Origin: Lama glama
Lineage: Eukaryota
DNA: 64,000 nucleotides
Direction: 5' to 3'
Assembly (NCBI GenBank): GCA_028534125.1
Contig: CM052831.1
Span: 22,196,001-22,260,000 of the forward strand
A program made the translations under genes and the position numbers. Below are positions 12,520-25,599 of this stretch, in pieces; position 1 is the stretch's first letter, and each line of letters starts with the position of its first letter. The notes beneath the pieces are model-generated. The model had not been told where the DNA came from and made no database searches. It saw only the letters and a program-made list of their open reading frames with translations.

Positions 12520-12760
12520 GGAGCTCTGGTCCCAATTCTAGCGCTTAACTGGCTATGTCACTCTGGCCAGTTACTGAACCTCTCTGAACCTTAATTTGCT
12601 CACCTGTTAAATGAGGGTAATGCTATCGGCTCCTTTGTGGAGGAGGAAGCACTCTGAGAGGAATAACTGAGTAATAACAGGGATGGTGGACACTGTGCTA
12701 AACATTTCACATACATTATTAACTCACTTAATAGGCTGCACCTCAATCCGTGCACCTGGT
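12520..12760. mobile_element. Two MIR fragments in opposite orientation
   Basis: CAGTTACTGAACCTCTCTGAACCTTAATTTGCTCACCTGTTAAATG followed by CACTGTGCTAAACATTTCACATACATTATTAACTCACTTAAT. Confidence 0.6.
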
Positions 12761-12855
12761 GACTGACCCCAGGGATGGGGCCGGGGACTGTCAGCCTCCT
12801 ATACCATTGGGCAGTATGTGGGTGGGGCAAAGCAGGCCTGCTGGTGGCTGCCCAC

Positions 12856-13109
12856 CTGCTCGATGGCATACTCCTTGCCGGCCACCTCGGCCACCTTGCT
12901 GATGCTCTCGATATGGTCCTGCAGGTTCATCTCAAGACAGCGGGCGAAGGTCAGGTTGGCCTTAGGCCTGACATTAATGTTAATCTCATTGGACAGCACG
13001 TCCCAGTGCCTGTTCCTCATGCCAGGGTTGCGCAGCCCCTGGATCAGCGGGATGTATGGCTTGAACTCCTCGATGCGGGCCCGGATATCTAAGGCCACGT
13101 CCTGGCAGG
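12856..13109 (-). CDS. DNAH1: DNAH1 exon 20, ACQDVALDIR...KEYAIEQ
   Basis: cgcag| and CAG|GTGGGC; 254 nt; dynein RHW motif. Confidence 0.96.
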
Positions 13110-13188
13110 CTGCGGGGCAGGGCAGGCAGGGGTGAGAGGCAGCTGGCAAAGGCCGGGAAGGAGGGCAAAGGTGGGTTGGGCTGCCTAC

Positions 13189-13387
13189 CTGGGACATCCT
13201 TGAACTGCTTCACGCACTTGTGCATTGTCTTGAAGGACTCGATGACATTTTTCTCCAGCTGCTCCGCGTCAATGGCTGACAGGGGGTCATTCATCCAGCT
13301 CTCAGACCAGCGCAGCCAGTCGGAGGCTGTGGTCCAGAGGTCCAGGTAGGGCTGGAACTCCTTCACCATCCTGGAGAGCTTGTCATA
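13189..13387 (-). CDS. DNAH1: DNAH1 exon 19, YDKLSRMVKEF...QFKDVP
   Basis: ctgcag| and G|GTAGGC; 199 nt. Confidence 0.95.
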
Positions 13388-13754
13388 CTGCAGGGGCAGA
13401 AGAGCCAGGGCTGTGTCAGGATGCTCCCCAGTCTCTCCAGGTTGCTCCTTCTTGGGCCCCCTCCTTGCTCCTGGCTGCTGTCCCCGTGGACTCAGGCCTC
13501 ACCTCCCCTCCTCCTTCCTCCATGGGCTCTGGGCTCTGAGTGGCTGAGCAAGGCCTCCTGCTTGGGTCCAGCCAGCCTCCCTGCCCTGAGGGCCAGGGGT
13601 AGGTGAGTTCCTCTCTGCAGCCTGCTCCATCCAGCCCCACAAATGCCAGGGCCCTTCCACCTGGCAGCTGGCCTCACATGTGGCTGCAAATGCCAGGGGC
13701 TCTTCCTTGAACCCTTCCCAGAACAGGGGGCCAGCGTGCCCAGGGGAGGCCTAC

Positions 13755-13910
13755 ATTGGTGATGGGCAAGCCAAAGATGCGCTCGCGGTTGTTGTAGAGC
13801 ATCGCCAGCTGCTGGCAATCTTTCAGCTGCTTCTTGACCCGTCGCACCTCATTGGCGATCTCATGTGCTCGCACAATCTCCACGTGGGTGGAGAAGCCAG
13901 CTACCACCAG
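13755..13910 (-). CDS. DNAH1: DNAH1 exon 18, LVVAGFSTH...GLPITN
   Basis: ctgcag| and AAT|GTAGGC; 156 nt. Confidence 0.95.
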
Positions 13911-14354
13911 CTGCAGACCAAGGAGCCAGGGGTCAGAGGCCTCCATGCCCCAACCTAGGCCCATAACTCCCAACGCACACCCAGGGAGCCTGAGGACCCC
14001 AGGACATCATCTCCCAGTTCTGAGGGGGCTTTCTTTTCCTGGAGCAGTTTCTGGCCTGTCACAAGCAGCTGACCACCCCACAGTAATACGGCAAGGTTGG
14101 AGGCAGACCCAATGCCCTGAACACCCACTGGGCCACGAAGACACAACAAAAGAGGTGGGGCTCTTCACTATCCTGAATTTTCCTAGAACTTGCTGCCCAG
14201 GTGCCTTTCTGTTCATTAATCCAGCAAACATTGACACAGCACCTGACTGCTAGGGGCGAGGCCCCGCCCTGGAGAGGTGTGTGTGTGTGCGCACGTGCAT
14301 GCTTGTAGGGGGGGTGGGGAGCCAGTCCCCACAGAGCCCTCAGCCCTGTCCCAC

Positions 14355-14496
14355 CTGCAGCCCTTCTAGTTTCTCCTGGAAGTTGTTCTGATCCATGATC
14401 TGGATTTTCCGGAACTTCTCCTCATCTTCAATGTGCTGCTGCCGCACCATCTCTATCTGTCCGAGGATCTTAGCAGGCCAGTTGCTGGCAGCCCAT
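14355..14496 (-). CDS. DNAH1: DNAH1 exon 17, WAASNWPAK...KLEGLQ
   Basis: tccag| and CAG|GTGGGA; 142 nt. Confidence 0.95.
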
Positions 14497-15583
14497 CTGG
14501 ATAGAGCAGGGGTAGGGAATGGGGGGAGGGGACTGTCACAATGAAATAGTGTGGTGGGCACGCCAGGGCTAAGGGGAGAATGGGGGAGCTGAGTGGTAGC
14601 TGGAGCCAGTCAGGGCCAGGCAACTGGGAAGCAGACGTGAGTTGGGAGGCAGTCAGTGTCACCACTGCCATGCAGGTCTGCCTGGAAGGAGAGGCAGTTC
14701 CTGCTCTGGGATTGTGGGCTGGGAGCTATGGTCAGCATCCAGGGAGAGGCACACCCAACATGTCCACTGCGGTATTGGGACAAGGAGAGAGTGGTATCCG
14801 AAATGAGAGAAGGGATCCTGAGTTTCCGTCTTAAATCTCAGGTCTGAAGGCGCCTCACCTCAGATGAGGCAAAGGGACAGCCTCTAGCCTGCACTTCCTT
14901 CGTGCCCAGCCAGGGCCCCCAGATCAGCTTCCTTCATGTCAGACCAACTCCCTTTGCTGGCTGACATGGGGGCCTGTGGGCTTCAGGGATTCTGCCTGCA
15001 GCTGGCCTAGGGCTGCAGATCCTGGGGTAGGCCCACCATGAGTGCTCGGGAAAGCAGCTGCCTTGGGGCCCCTGGGCAGGGCTCCCAGGAGAATGCCAGT
15101 CTCTCCTAGGCCCTGGTGACCAGGAGGCATCCCTGTCTGTGAGGCAGGCCGGTCAAGGGGTCTCTGGGCCTCATTAGGGCAGTCCCAATCTGAGGCTGTT
15201 TCCCATGAGGCTCCTCAGCTGAGTGGGAACAAGTGCTCCTCCCCAGGGACTGACCACTGGGCTGGGCTTTGCCTTCTTTCTGTGCTCCCGAGGACCTCCA
15301 AAGGCCCTAACCACAAACAAGGGTATCCCAGGCCCAGCGAACATGTGTGTCAGGCAATGACAGAATAGAGAATGGAGACAGGGTGGGGGGCACCAGAGTC
15401 CCTCGACCAAGAGGTGCCCCACTGGCCACCTGGCCCTGGCCTGCGTGGAGCCATGGCCTCTGGCATCTCTGCATGGCATTGCTGGTGTGCCCGCATCGCC
15501 CTTGGCCGCCATGGCTCAGCAATTCCTCCCCCACCTCCTCCTGTCCACCACCCGGCTGCTGTGGGGACCCAGCTCCCACTCAC

Positions 15584-15666
15584 TTGTCATTGAAGTCATC
15601 TGTGCTGAGGTTGTAAAGGAATTCATCCATGACCTGGTAGTCGTCCATGATCTTCACGATTCGCTC
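15584..15666 (-). CDS. DNAH1: DNAH1 exon 16, ERIVKIMDDYQVMDEFLYNLSTDDFNDK
   Basis: Hand-translated; ctgcag| and AA|GTGAGT; 83 nt. Confidence 0.95.
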
Positions 15667-16042
15667 CTGCAGGGACAGGCAGTGATGAGTACTATGTGAG
15701 CTTAGGAAGTGGGGGCTCCCCAGAGTGGTTGGGTGCTAGGGAGAGGCTGCTCTCTTTCAGAGAGAGGAGGCCTGGGGCAATGGCAGAGGTGTGGGATGCA
15801 AGGCCAGCATTGGGCTCAGGGCTCCAAGGGCCATGGTCGCCAGACCTCCAACCTCCAGCCCCCTAACCATACCCTCCACTCTCCTGACCTCCCCGGCAGC
15901 ACAGCTCTGAATCTCCATCGTGCACCCAGTCTCATTACCCTCAGAGCCCACCCATCCTCTGTGTGTCTACCTCACTCCCAGCCTCCCAGCTCCTGCTCTC
16001 CCAGCCCGTCCCTAGCCCCCAGGCCCCATGTGCCTGCCTCAC

Positions 16043-16162
16043 CTCTAGCCCCACCAGTTTCTCCGGGATGCCCTTCATCCACTCACGGAGCTCAGCCAGC
16101 TCCTCGATGCTGTTGGGCTTCTCATAGATCTTGCGGCTGATGCTGCGGAACTCCTCACAAAT
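16043..16162 (-). CDS. DNAH1: DNAH1 exon 15, ICEEFRSISRK...LVGLE
   Basis: ggcag| and GAG|GTGAGG; 120 nt. Confidence 0.95.
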
Positions 16163-16642
16163 CTGCCAGGTGGAAGAGGGCGCTAGGGAGGCCGCATGCC
16201 CCTCCCTTATCCTCCCTGGGGCCTGCTCCTCCTTCTTGGTTCCAGTGTCCCTGGACAGGGAACTGCCCCCACTCCACCACCTCCTGCAGTGCATCCTGAG
16301 AAAGGGCACTCCCAGACAGCTCACTGCAGGGCTGAGGGCCACCTAGCATGCTCTCCCCTCCCCAGCCTCCTGCACCTGCACTCTCAGCTCCACAAAATGA
16401 CTCAACTCAGGGTGTCCTTTGAGGGGTTCCCAGGTCTTTCTAAGTCCAGGGAAAAACACAGCAGCCCTCACTTCCTAGGACCTCCCATTTGACCCCAGGC
16501 AGGGTCAAGGCAAGGTGACTTCCAGATACTTTCACAGGCTTGGATGTCTGCAGACACCCCTGAGCCTTGCTTGTGGGAGTTCACCGTGTATGTGAGGGGG
16601 CGTGTGGGTGTGGTTGCTGCGGCCTGGCAGGTGGGCACTTAC

Positions 16643-16868
16643 ATCATCCACCTCCTTGTGCAGGTTCTTGGCCAGGATGTCCAGCATGGAAGTGGCCAGG
16701 GCCTTGCGCTTCTTGGACAGGTTCTGCTTGACGTTGTCAACATTGATGTAGAAGGGCCCAATGATGATGCTGCTGGGCAGCGAGCTGTCCAGGACCTCCT
16801 TCTCCTGCAGGTGGGTGAGCACCACCTCCCGCACCTCCTCAGCTGACGGGCACTGCATCTGGGAGGCC
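16643..16868 (-). CDS. DNAH1: DNAH1 exon 14, ASQMQCPSAEEVREV...HKEVDD
   Basis: ccacag| and GAT|GTAAGT; 226 nt. Confidence 0.94.
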
Positions 16869-16962
16869 CTGTGGACAGTGGGCACCCATGAGGGGCAGGG
16901 AGTGGTGAGAGGGTGGGCAGGGGTCACACAGATACACAGACACACTCAGGACACGCACGCAC

Positions 16963-17156
16963 TTGAGGAAAGTGGCCACATCATTGTTGTTTAGCTCCAG
17001 GTACTTCCTGTACTCCTTGGCGTAGGCCTGCAGTGGGATCATGGCCTTGCAGATAGCGTTGGCGATGATGGCCCGTAGCTCCTCCACCAGCGGCTCATGA
17101 AGCCCCACCGACTCCAGCAGGGGGTTGCCGCTGATGAAGATGTCCTCCATCACCAG
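16963..17156 (-). CDS. DNAH1: DNAH1 exon 13, LVMEDIFISG...VATFLK
   Basis: ctgcag| and AA|GTGCGT; 194 nt. Confidence 0.94.
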
Positions 17157-17654
17157 CTGCAGAGGAAGGGGGAGGGGCACAGAGCCGGATGAGCCATGGG
17201 GGAGGCAGGCAGAGAGGTTGGAGGTGTGGGCAAGCACGGAGAGCATGGTAAGGGGGCAGGAGAGAGGGTTTGTTTCCGTGTCTCTTAGAGGGGCTGGGGA
17301 CTAATACAAGACGAGGGGCCCACCAAGGGGCAGCATCTTCCTCTGTCTTGCCTGGCTCAGCCCCATGCCAAAGAAAGGAAAAGATGGGGCAACCAGGTCA
17401 CTGATGGCTCTGAGTGACCAGCAAAAGAGGCAGGAGAGGACAGGGGTTATAGAGGCTCTTGGGCCTGGGGTAGCAGACTGTGCACAACAGTGCTGATGAA
17501 TGGGGACTTTTGAGAAGCGGTCCTGAGTTTGGAGGTTGGTCTGTGTCTACATCTTGAGCAAAAAAGAGAGATCAGGAGCTGGGTGGGATCTGGGTCACAC
17601 ACGGCTGTGGCAGGAGTGAGTGAGTGAGACTAGTTTAAGTCGCAGGTCTGATTT

Positions 17655-17800
17655 TAGCAGCTATATGACCTTGGGCGAAACTTCTCCAAGCCTCATCCAC
17701 AAAATGGGGATGTTAATGGTTCCCAGTTCAGCTTATGGTGAGGATTAAATGAGTTATTCAAGAATTACAGGCCTGAGCACACCGCCAGCCAGGTGGTGGG
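17655..17800 (+). mobile_element. MIR SINE
   Basis: GCTATATGACCTTGGGC...AAAATGGGGATGTTAATGG...GTGAGGATTAAATGAGTT. Confidence 0.7.
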
Positions 17801-17877
17801 CTCATTATTAAGTTAAAGTGCTCTGACATTGTGGCAATCCTGGCACGAGGGCCCCAGGCCTCTAACTGTGGCTGTAC

Positions 17878-18028
17878 CTTCTCCAGCTGGGGCACCGCGT
17901 GGGTGGCCAGGATGCCCTTGTCAAAGAGGTTGAGCAGAGAAGTTTCAAACTGCTCCAGCGGCGTGCTGTAGTGCACCCCTGAGGTGTCCAGCACTAGGTC
18001 CACGATGAAAAGGGGATTCTTCCGTGGC
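17878..18028 (-). CDS. DNAH1: DNAH1 exon 12, PRKNPLFIVDL...VPQLEK
   Basis: ccatag| and AAG|GTACAG; 151 nt. Confidence 0.95.
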
Positions 18029-19484
18029 CTATGGGAGAAGTAGCAGGGTGGACTGTGGGCAGGGGCCTGAAGAGGCTTGCACATGGGAGGCCCAGCCCTC
18101 GGACTTTGCTTCCAGCAGGATGGTTCTTGAGCTTCTCCATGCACGAGATTCACTTCTACTCTTTTCCCAGAAACCTCCCACTTACCAGAGAAAAATACCC
18201 AGACCAGCCAAACAGCCTCCTTCGTTCCTGCCCCTTTCCAGGGGCCTATGGACACCAGGGAGAGGGAGGACCTCCACGCGGTCCAGAGGTCATTAGGGCA
18301 GGTTGGCCAGACCCTGGGCACTTGCAATGCCCACGCTCTCCCTGGGAGCCCACCATGCTTGGCTCCGGACGCCCGTTACACGCCAACAACCCTCAAGCCT
18401 AGACCACAGACAAGCCTCCACCTGCACTCTGGACTGCCAATCACTCACCACCCTAACCTCTAATGGGCATCTCAGATATTCTGTGTCCACTGACTCCCAC
18501 CAGCCCCGCCAGGGCTCGGTGCTGGGGTGGACCCTGGGAGTCAGCCCTATCTCCTCCTCTACTTGCCTCCCACTACACGTCCTCCTGCAGCCGGGCTGCC
18601 CAGCACTGCAGCCCATGCACTGCCCCAAATTTGCCCACAGTCAGTCCCAGCCCCCTCACCCCTTGTCCAGATAACGGTAAGAGCCTTGGTCTGACTCCTC
18701 TTCTGCTTCACTCGTCCCCACAAATCCAGAGCATGGTTTTGGAATGTAATGCGGATAGTTACTTCCCTCTGATGCTGCTGACCATACTTAGAATAAATCC
18801 AGCCCCCGACCATGACCCCAGGAGGCTCTGGGTGACCTGGCCTGGTCCCTACAACCTCTCCCATGTTGTCCACCAGCCCTCCTTGCCCTCCCCACTCCAG
18901 CCGTAGCTGCTGGCTTTCCCTTCCTCAAGGCCCCCAAGTTCTTTCTCCCCTCCGTGGCTCTGCACACATTGGTCCCTCCACCTGGTGTCCCCTCCCCAGC
19001 ATCTCCTCACGGCTGATTTCCTCTCAGTCAGTTCTTGGCTCAGATGCCACTGCCTCCCTGACCCTCACGGCAATTCCTCCCCGCCCCAGTCTGTCACAGC
19101 CCCTGCCAAGATCAGCAATGACTGTCTATTATTTATTTGCTTGCTGTCTGTGCCCATGTGAGGGCAGGGGCCATGCCCCTCTTGTTCCCCTAGAACCCTG
19201 CTGGTTCATGGCAAGTACTCAAAAAATTTTTTTTCCACTGAGGATTTCAGTGACTGATGAGAGGTGTAGGCCACCAGAAGACATGCCAGCCACAGCTGGT
19301 AGGACATTCCCAGCAACTAGGGTGGGAGCCAGGCTCCCCCTGCCATCCAGGACCCTGCAGTGCTGGGCACCCTGACCTTGGCTGCCCCCATCCCCTGACT
19401 CTGCACCCAGCACCAACGTAGCACCAGCGCTTGACAAGGAACAGTTCTGGTGTCGACAGGTGTCTCCGCCCAGCCGTGCCCCAC

Positions 19485-19783
19485 CTGTAGGGGCTGATGA
19501 TTAAGTCTTCACCCCAGACCATGTCGTCGGTGCAGTCCAGCACACTGCAGCAGGCATCACTGATGAACTGCGAGAAGCTGGCGAGCGAGTCCTGCACCAG
19601 GAAGCGCAGCGTGTCCTGCAGCATGTACTTGAGCAGCTCCATCAGCTTGCGCAGCTTCGACATGAGGTATACCTCCCAGTTGGTCTCGTACAGGTTGTAC
19701 CATCCCTTGCTCATGTCACGCAGGCTGCTGCGCATGGCCACCTTGAGTGTGCTGATCCAGCTGTCCTTGAGGAACATCTGCAC
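19485..19783 (-). CDS. DNAH1: DNAH1 exon 11, VQMFLKDSW...LIISPYR
   Basis: cacag| and AG|GTGGGG; 299 nt. Confidence 0.95.
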
Positions 19784-20474
19784 CTGTGGCAGCCACAAGT
19801 GGTATCGCATGGCTGACCGAGGGGCCTACTACCTGCAGCCACCACGCTCGGGACTCTGTGGAGTCAGATGACCACAGAGGGATCTCTCCCACCCTAACTT
19901 ACTGCCAAGCCTGGCCAACGAACACCCCTGTGACCCCCGGGGACCAGGGCTGCTCGGGGACGGGAAAGGCGGGAGGGAGGGGCAGCAGAAGCAGGGCTTT
20001 CCCTCCAGCCAAGAGAGAGACACAGAGACACAGAGAAGGAAGCAGAGAGACAGAGAGTGACCGAGGCGCAGAGTGGAGCCGAGAGGAGGAGCTTTCCTCC
20101 TAGGCCAGCTGGCACCTGTCTCCCACAAGGCTGCCCACCAACCCCCTACCCCTCCAATCTTCAGGTAGATATGGGGGTGCAGGGGTTCTTGCTCCCCTTT
20201 TCAAGATGGAGAGTCTGCTTCAGGGGCCACCAGTGTTGGGACAGAAGATGACTGGAAAGGGAGCCCAGCCTGGTTCTCCTTTTCTCTCCAAGATGAACCA
20301 CCTCCCTTGGCGCCCACCCCAGCCTCCACAAGGCCTAGGGAGAGACAAGGGCTGGTTTTAAGGAAAGCACAGGCTCACAGCCTCACCCTGAGCTTCCTGG
20401 GGCCCCTGTTCTGTGCCCATCAGCTCTGAGGCCCTGGCCCGCTGCTGCCCTCTGTGCCCGGGATGCCCACACAC

Positions 20475-20686
20475 CTGGGAGAAGGTCTGTGACTGAATTT
20501 GCTCAAACTCCTCCAGACGGCTGTACTTGGAGAGGCTTGAATGGAACAGGGACATGGCAGTCACCTTGTTGCACTCGGCCCGCACCTTGCTGAGGGCTGT
20601 GATGACCTCCGACCGTGTAAGCAGGGATACAAAGGTGAAGTCTGCCTTCTGTTCCCGGAAGGGGTACTTGGGGACACTCACCAACC
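20475..20686 (-). CDS. DNAH1: DNAH1 exon 10, LVSVPKYPF...QSQTFSQ
   Basis: cgcag| and CAG|GTGTGT; 212 nt. Confidence 0.95.
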
Positions 20687-21525
20687 CTGCGGGGGTGGAT
20701 GCCAAGGGCCAGCGTCAGATTGGCCTTGGACATACCAGGGGTCAGGGCAGATCTAAGGGGTGTTGCTGGAGGGAAGAGATGCCTATGTCGCCAGAACCCT
20801 TCCTTTCCCACAGCTTACCTGGGGACCCCAAGGGCCTGCAGTGAGGTGCCCACTCTGGGATGGGTTAACAAGTTCCCTCCAGGTCCCTGTGGGTCACAGG
20901 CTCCTTCCAGGTGGATGAGAACTGTGGGCTTCCTCCCCGCACCCTCCCACCCATCCTGCACACAACCCCTGGGGCCTATCTGAGGCCTCCCCTGGAGCAC
21001 CAAGAAAGGAAGATGTGGGCACCAGGGCCCTGGGAGAGCCCACGATCCACAGTCTACCCTGGCTTCCAGGGCACTTCATGCACATGGAAGCTGGGGCTGG
21101 GAAACGAAATTCGCAGGGATCAGGGGGCTCAAAGCAAGGAGAGCTTGTGCTACTCTTGAGACTCAGTCTACCATGGGTCAAATGGGGCTGCAGCAATGCC
21201 AGCCTACTCTCATTACCGGAGAAAGAAAGGGCTATAAGTCTGTAGGTCAGCAAATTAGAGTTCTTTTCAACCACTCTGGACAATTCCTTTCCTAGTCCAC
21301 ATTTGCCCTGATGCTTCTACATCACTCAGACCACGGTTCTTAAAAGAGCCTTCTTCCTCCCCACCCACCCCCAACCCCCACCCCCAGCTCTCCAGGCAGC
21401 TGGGGAAAGAAGGGGAGGAATGCTGGGGACAGGAGAGGTGGGTGTTGGTGTATAGGCCCTAGAGGGAGGGGTGGGAGGGGCTCGGACAGGGGTGTGGCCA
21501 TGGGCCTGCCTTTGTCCAGCCATAC

Positions 21526-21683
21526 CTTGCCTGGGCACCTTCTCCTCCTCCTTCTCAGGCAGGGTCACATAGGAGAATGTCTCAGGCTTGGAGGAGACAA
21601 TTTTATCAAAGTTGATCTTGTTCATGCTGCGCTCATAGTCCAGGCTCACTTCTCTGCACAGACTGCTGAGGTGCTCCAGAACC
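21526..21683 (-). CDS. DNAH1: DNAH1 exon 9, VLEHLSSLCREV...KVPRQG
   Basis: ggcag| and G|GTATGG; 158 nt. Confidence 0.95.
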
Positions 21684-21959
21684 CTGCCCATGGAGACCAG
21701 AGAGAGCGGGGTCAGGGGGGCTCCACACACCGTTTCCATGCTGCAGGCCAGCTGGGGGCCAGGCTCTGCTCTGCCATGGACTTGGGGACATGAGTTTGGG
21801 GCCTCCTCTCTGCATTCATGGGCACACCTCCTACCCAGCCCCCCACTACCAGCACTCGTCATGCCTCTTTCATGCCACCCCCCCAACCCTGCGTCACATC
21901 AGTCCCTGAGTCTGCTCATTTTACTTCCCACTTCTCAGTGTCATCCCTAGGGCTTGGTC

Positions 21960-22510
21960 TCTTCACTCCTACCCCTACCCACAGAACTCAAATCTGACCA
22001 CATTCTTTTTTGGCTTAAAATCCATCCCTGGGTCCCTTGGGTTCTAGGGTAAAAGCCAAACCTCTTACTGGGACCCAAGAGGCCCTTCTAGCTGGCTCTG
22101 GCCCCTCCTTACCCTCCTCTCAAGCCGCTGTCCTGTTCCCACCCAGCACCAACCAGAGGCAGCCCTCAGTTCCCGGAGGCACTGAGTTCTCACTCACCTC
22201 AGAGCCTTTGCATACACTGTCCCCTCTAGTGGCCACATTCTGATTGATCCAGCCCCTACTGACCAGCCAGGGTCCTCCCTTTGGGTTTCTGTCCTGGGCA
22301 TATTTTGCCCTCTCTGGATGACGGCACGCCCCATCTATGCTCCCAAGTGCTTCCCGTCTCTATACTCTTGCTCCCCACTGGTCCGTGAGCACAGGGTGAG
22401 GGACAGTGTGAGGGGAAGGTTGTGTCCATCTCATGGTCACTCCTACAAAGCCTGGCACAGGGCCTGGTATTCTAAGGGATTCCCAGTACACAGGTGTTGA
22501 GTGCATACAT
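21960..22510 (+). mobile_element. L2 LINE 3' fragment
   Basis: AAATCTGACCAC...CTTAAAATCC...GGGTAAAAGCCAAACCTCTT and CCTGGCACAGGGCCTGG tail. Confidence 0.55.
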
Positions 22511-24249
22511 AACAAAATGAACAAAAGCATGTCTGTGGCTCAGAGCCCCATGTGACCAGCTGTGAAGGCTGATGGGAGGAGGCCCATGCTATCCCAGAGC
22601 CCAACTCTGATCCACAGCATCCTTCACCTGGCCTGTCCTCTCTTTCTGTGTTTCTCTCCTTCCCAGCCCCACAGGCTCAGCTTAGGTGCCACTTCCTCTA
22701 AGAAGCCACTCCTGACTTTCACCTCCTGGCCCTGGGTTTCAATCACTCTCTGCATCCTCACCTTCCTGGTTCTCACACCCCAGCTAGGATGTGGATGCAG
22801 GTGGCATGGATCATGAGGAAAGGGCTTGGCGGTCTGGCCTTTCACTAATGGAGCAAGAGTGGGCAAGTGGCCCGATCCTCTAGGCCTCAGGCTCCTCCCC
22901 GGGAAATGGGGAGGTGACACCACGTTTCTGGAGGAGTGGAGACCCTGCCCTTGGGAGGCCCAGAACCTGGTGCCCGGCAGGCTCCCACTGAGGGTCTGCT
23001 GGGTAAACAGTGAGGCAGTGAAGATACTAGAAGTCAGCCATGAAACACTTGGAAAAAGCCTCTGTTCCCCTAAACTGGCCACTCAGACACTCTGCCCAAT
23101 GGCTGGCTCAGCCCCACTGCAGCCTGGCCACTAGTCCCTACTCTACACTTATGCTGGCTTCTGTTCAGGAACATATCCGTCTTCCGTTGCCAATGTCAGT
23201 CCCTGAGAGTCTAGGGAAGGCCCCAGAGCAATAGAGGTATGGGGCAGGGAGCCTGGGCCTGGAAGCACTGGAGGGCTGCCTACCCGCTGCCTGTAGCTCA
23301 GGGCTCTACAGGGGCACTTGCCACAGAGTTCCTTTGCTTTCATTTAGCAAATGTTTACTGGGTGCCTACGGTGTGTCAGCACCTGGAAGACTGGTGCTGA
23401 GAACCCAGGCTAAGTAAGGTGGCTGTGACACCATGACTGAGCCCAAAGGTGGGTGACCCCAGGTGACCCTCCACCTCATCCCTAAGCTAGGCTCTGAGGT
23501 CCAGAACACTGGGCCTGGGGTAAGCTTGCACATCATCTCCATGCTCTTCACACAGGCAGACCCTCTGAAGGCACTTCATTCACTCATTCATTCATTACGC
23601 ACTTACCGAGCACATGTTCCCTGTATGCCACTCTGTGCCGGGCACCTGGCTGGGCTCCCCCCTCCCTATGGACAGCCTCTCTGTTCCTCAACATCATCCC
23701 TTCCATTATGTCTCCCTCCATCCCACCTCTGCGATCCTGACCACCTCAGCTCTAGTAACTACACCACCAGGAAATCTCAACTGCCTGCAGCCCAAGTTTC
23801 ACCAGAACAGAGGGACTTTGCTGGAGAATTTCACAGGCAGGGGACAGGTCTCACCTTCAAAAGGCTCTCAATATGGCCTAGAAATGCACTCCATCCCCCA
23901 AACCTAGAAGAGACTTTCTCACCTTCTCTGCAAACCCCACACTTGCCCATCCACTCCAGAGGGATGACTGCCTCATACTTCACCCCAAAGTCAGAACCCA
24001 ACAGACATAAACAACGTCATCTCTGCCCACCTGCCCACTCGAGAACTGGCCTGTTTTCTGGACACTCCTTCCCCTACAATAGAAGGCAGGCCCATCACAA
24101 GCCTCCCTTAGATCTGGGCCCCACTGGCTCCGCCTCTTTCCAGCCACCTCAGTCCCTCCTGCTTTTGCCGGCCCCTGCCAGTGGCCCCCACACACTCTGG
24201 TGTCTCCCATCATTAGGAATGGTCCCTCGGCTGCAATCCCTCCTGTGGT

Positions 24250-25560
24250 TTTTCCATCTCTTTTTGTCCCTTTATGACAAAGTTAGCCCTCTTCTCTCTC
24301 TCACTTTCCAGTCTCTCCTCCCCAACCTACAAGGCCATGCCAGCTGAGCATGTCGTGGTCCCAGCCTTGTCCGAGCAGAGGTCACTGATGTCCTCAGCTC
24401 ACTGGACATTCAGCACTTTGACTCAGAGGCTCCCTCCCCATTCCTGCACTGCTTTCTCCACACAGCTCCCCTTCTGCCCTCACCTCCTTGACTGCTATGG
24501 TTGGCTTGTCAGGGACTCAGCCCTGAGACCCTTCCCCTTCTCTGGCTACTCTTTCTCTTCAGGGGAGCTCACCCAGTCCATGAAGTCACTGAGAACCTGC
24601 AAATCTCCCCTCATGTGTCCACTGCCCACTCAACATCTCCGCTGGGAGGTCTCCCCCGATGCCAGATCAAGCCTTCCTTGCCCCCCACCCCGGCCCACAC
24701 CCACCCCTCCCCAGTCTCCCTCAGCTCAGTCAGCAGCAGCACGCACCCAGCTGATTAAGCCGAACCTGGGTGAGCCGTGCTGCCTCCTCCTCTGCTGGGT
24801 GTGCACTTGGCACATTCACCCAAGGGCCAGTCTCTGGTTCCACCTCAAAAAAACCCCTAAACAGATCTGCTTCTCTCCTGCTCCTCAGCCGTGGCCCTGG
24901 CCCCAGCCTCCAGCCTGCACCACCGTCTCCAGCCTGGATGATAGAGTTAGTCTCCTCACTGACCTCCCTGCCTCCCCTGTTGCCCTCTTACAACCCATGC
25001 TCCACTTGGCAGAGAAGAAAAGGATATTTTAAATGTGTCAGTGGTCAAGCCAGTCCTCTGCTCAAGGCCCTCCACTGGTTCCTCTCACGCCGTGGGCCCC
25101 TGAGTGTGCTCTTCATCATTACCTACACGCTGCTGTCCGACCTCCCTCTCCAATGTTGTCTCCCTGGCTACTGCTGCCCTCTCTGCTCCAGTCTGACCAC
25201 ATGAACCCCCACTGCTCCTCACGTCACACCAACACGTCCCCACCTCTCGGCTTCAGGAGGCACCATACCTTTGTCAATCAGAATCCTCTTCTCCCCTTAC
25301 ATTATGGGCCTCAGCTCAAATGTTCTCTCCAGCGAGACTTTCCTCACCACCTGATGTCAAGGAGCCCCTCTGAGACATCTCTATTTCCTTACCTTGCTCT
25401 GTGGTCACAGTACCTCAGAACCCTAGATAACCCAGCTTTCTCATTGCCTTTCTTCCTGAATAGACCAAGAGCTGGGAGAGCGGGCCCTTTGTTGGGGGTG
25501 TCACCACCGTGCCCCAACCCTGGCACAAGACAGGTATCTGCCACACACATGGCTGGCCGC
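24250..25560 (+). mobile_element. L2 LINE fragment
   Basis: AGTCTCCTCACTGACCTCCCTGCCTCC...CAACCCATGCTCCAC...CTCTGCTCAAGGCCCTCCACTGGTTCC, typical of the L2 ORF2 3' region. Confidence 0.7.
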
Positions 25561-25599
25561 CTGCCCAATGTCCATTGTCTCCTAACTGCATCTCATTCT

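Noticed and set aside
13110-13188. Short introns (79, 92 and 94 nt) as possible in-frame retained introns
   Set aside because: None is a multiple of 3 and all have canonical GT-AG sites
22219-22237. CTCF-like TGGCCACTAGAGGGG on the minus strand
   Set aside because: Lacks the conserved GGC end, lies in an L2 remnant, and cannot be judged without a PWM or ChIP data
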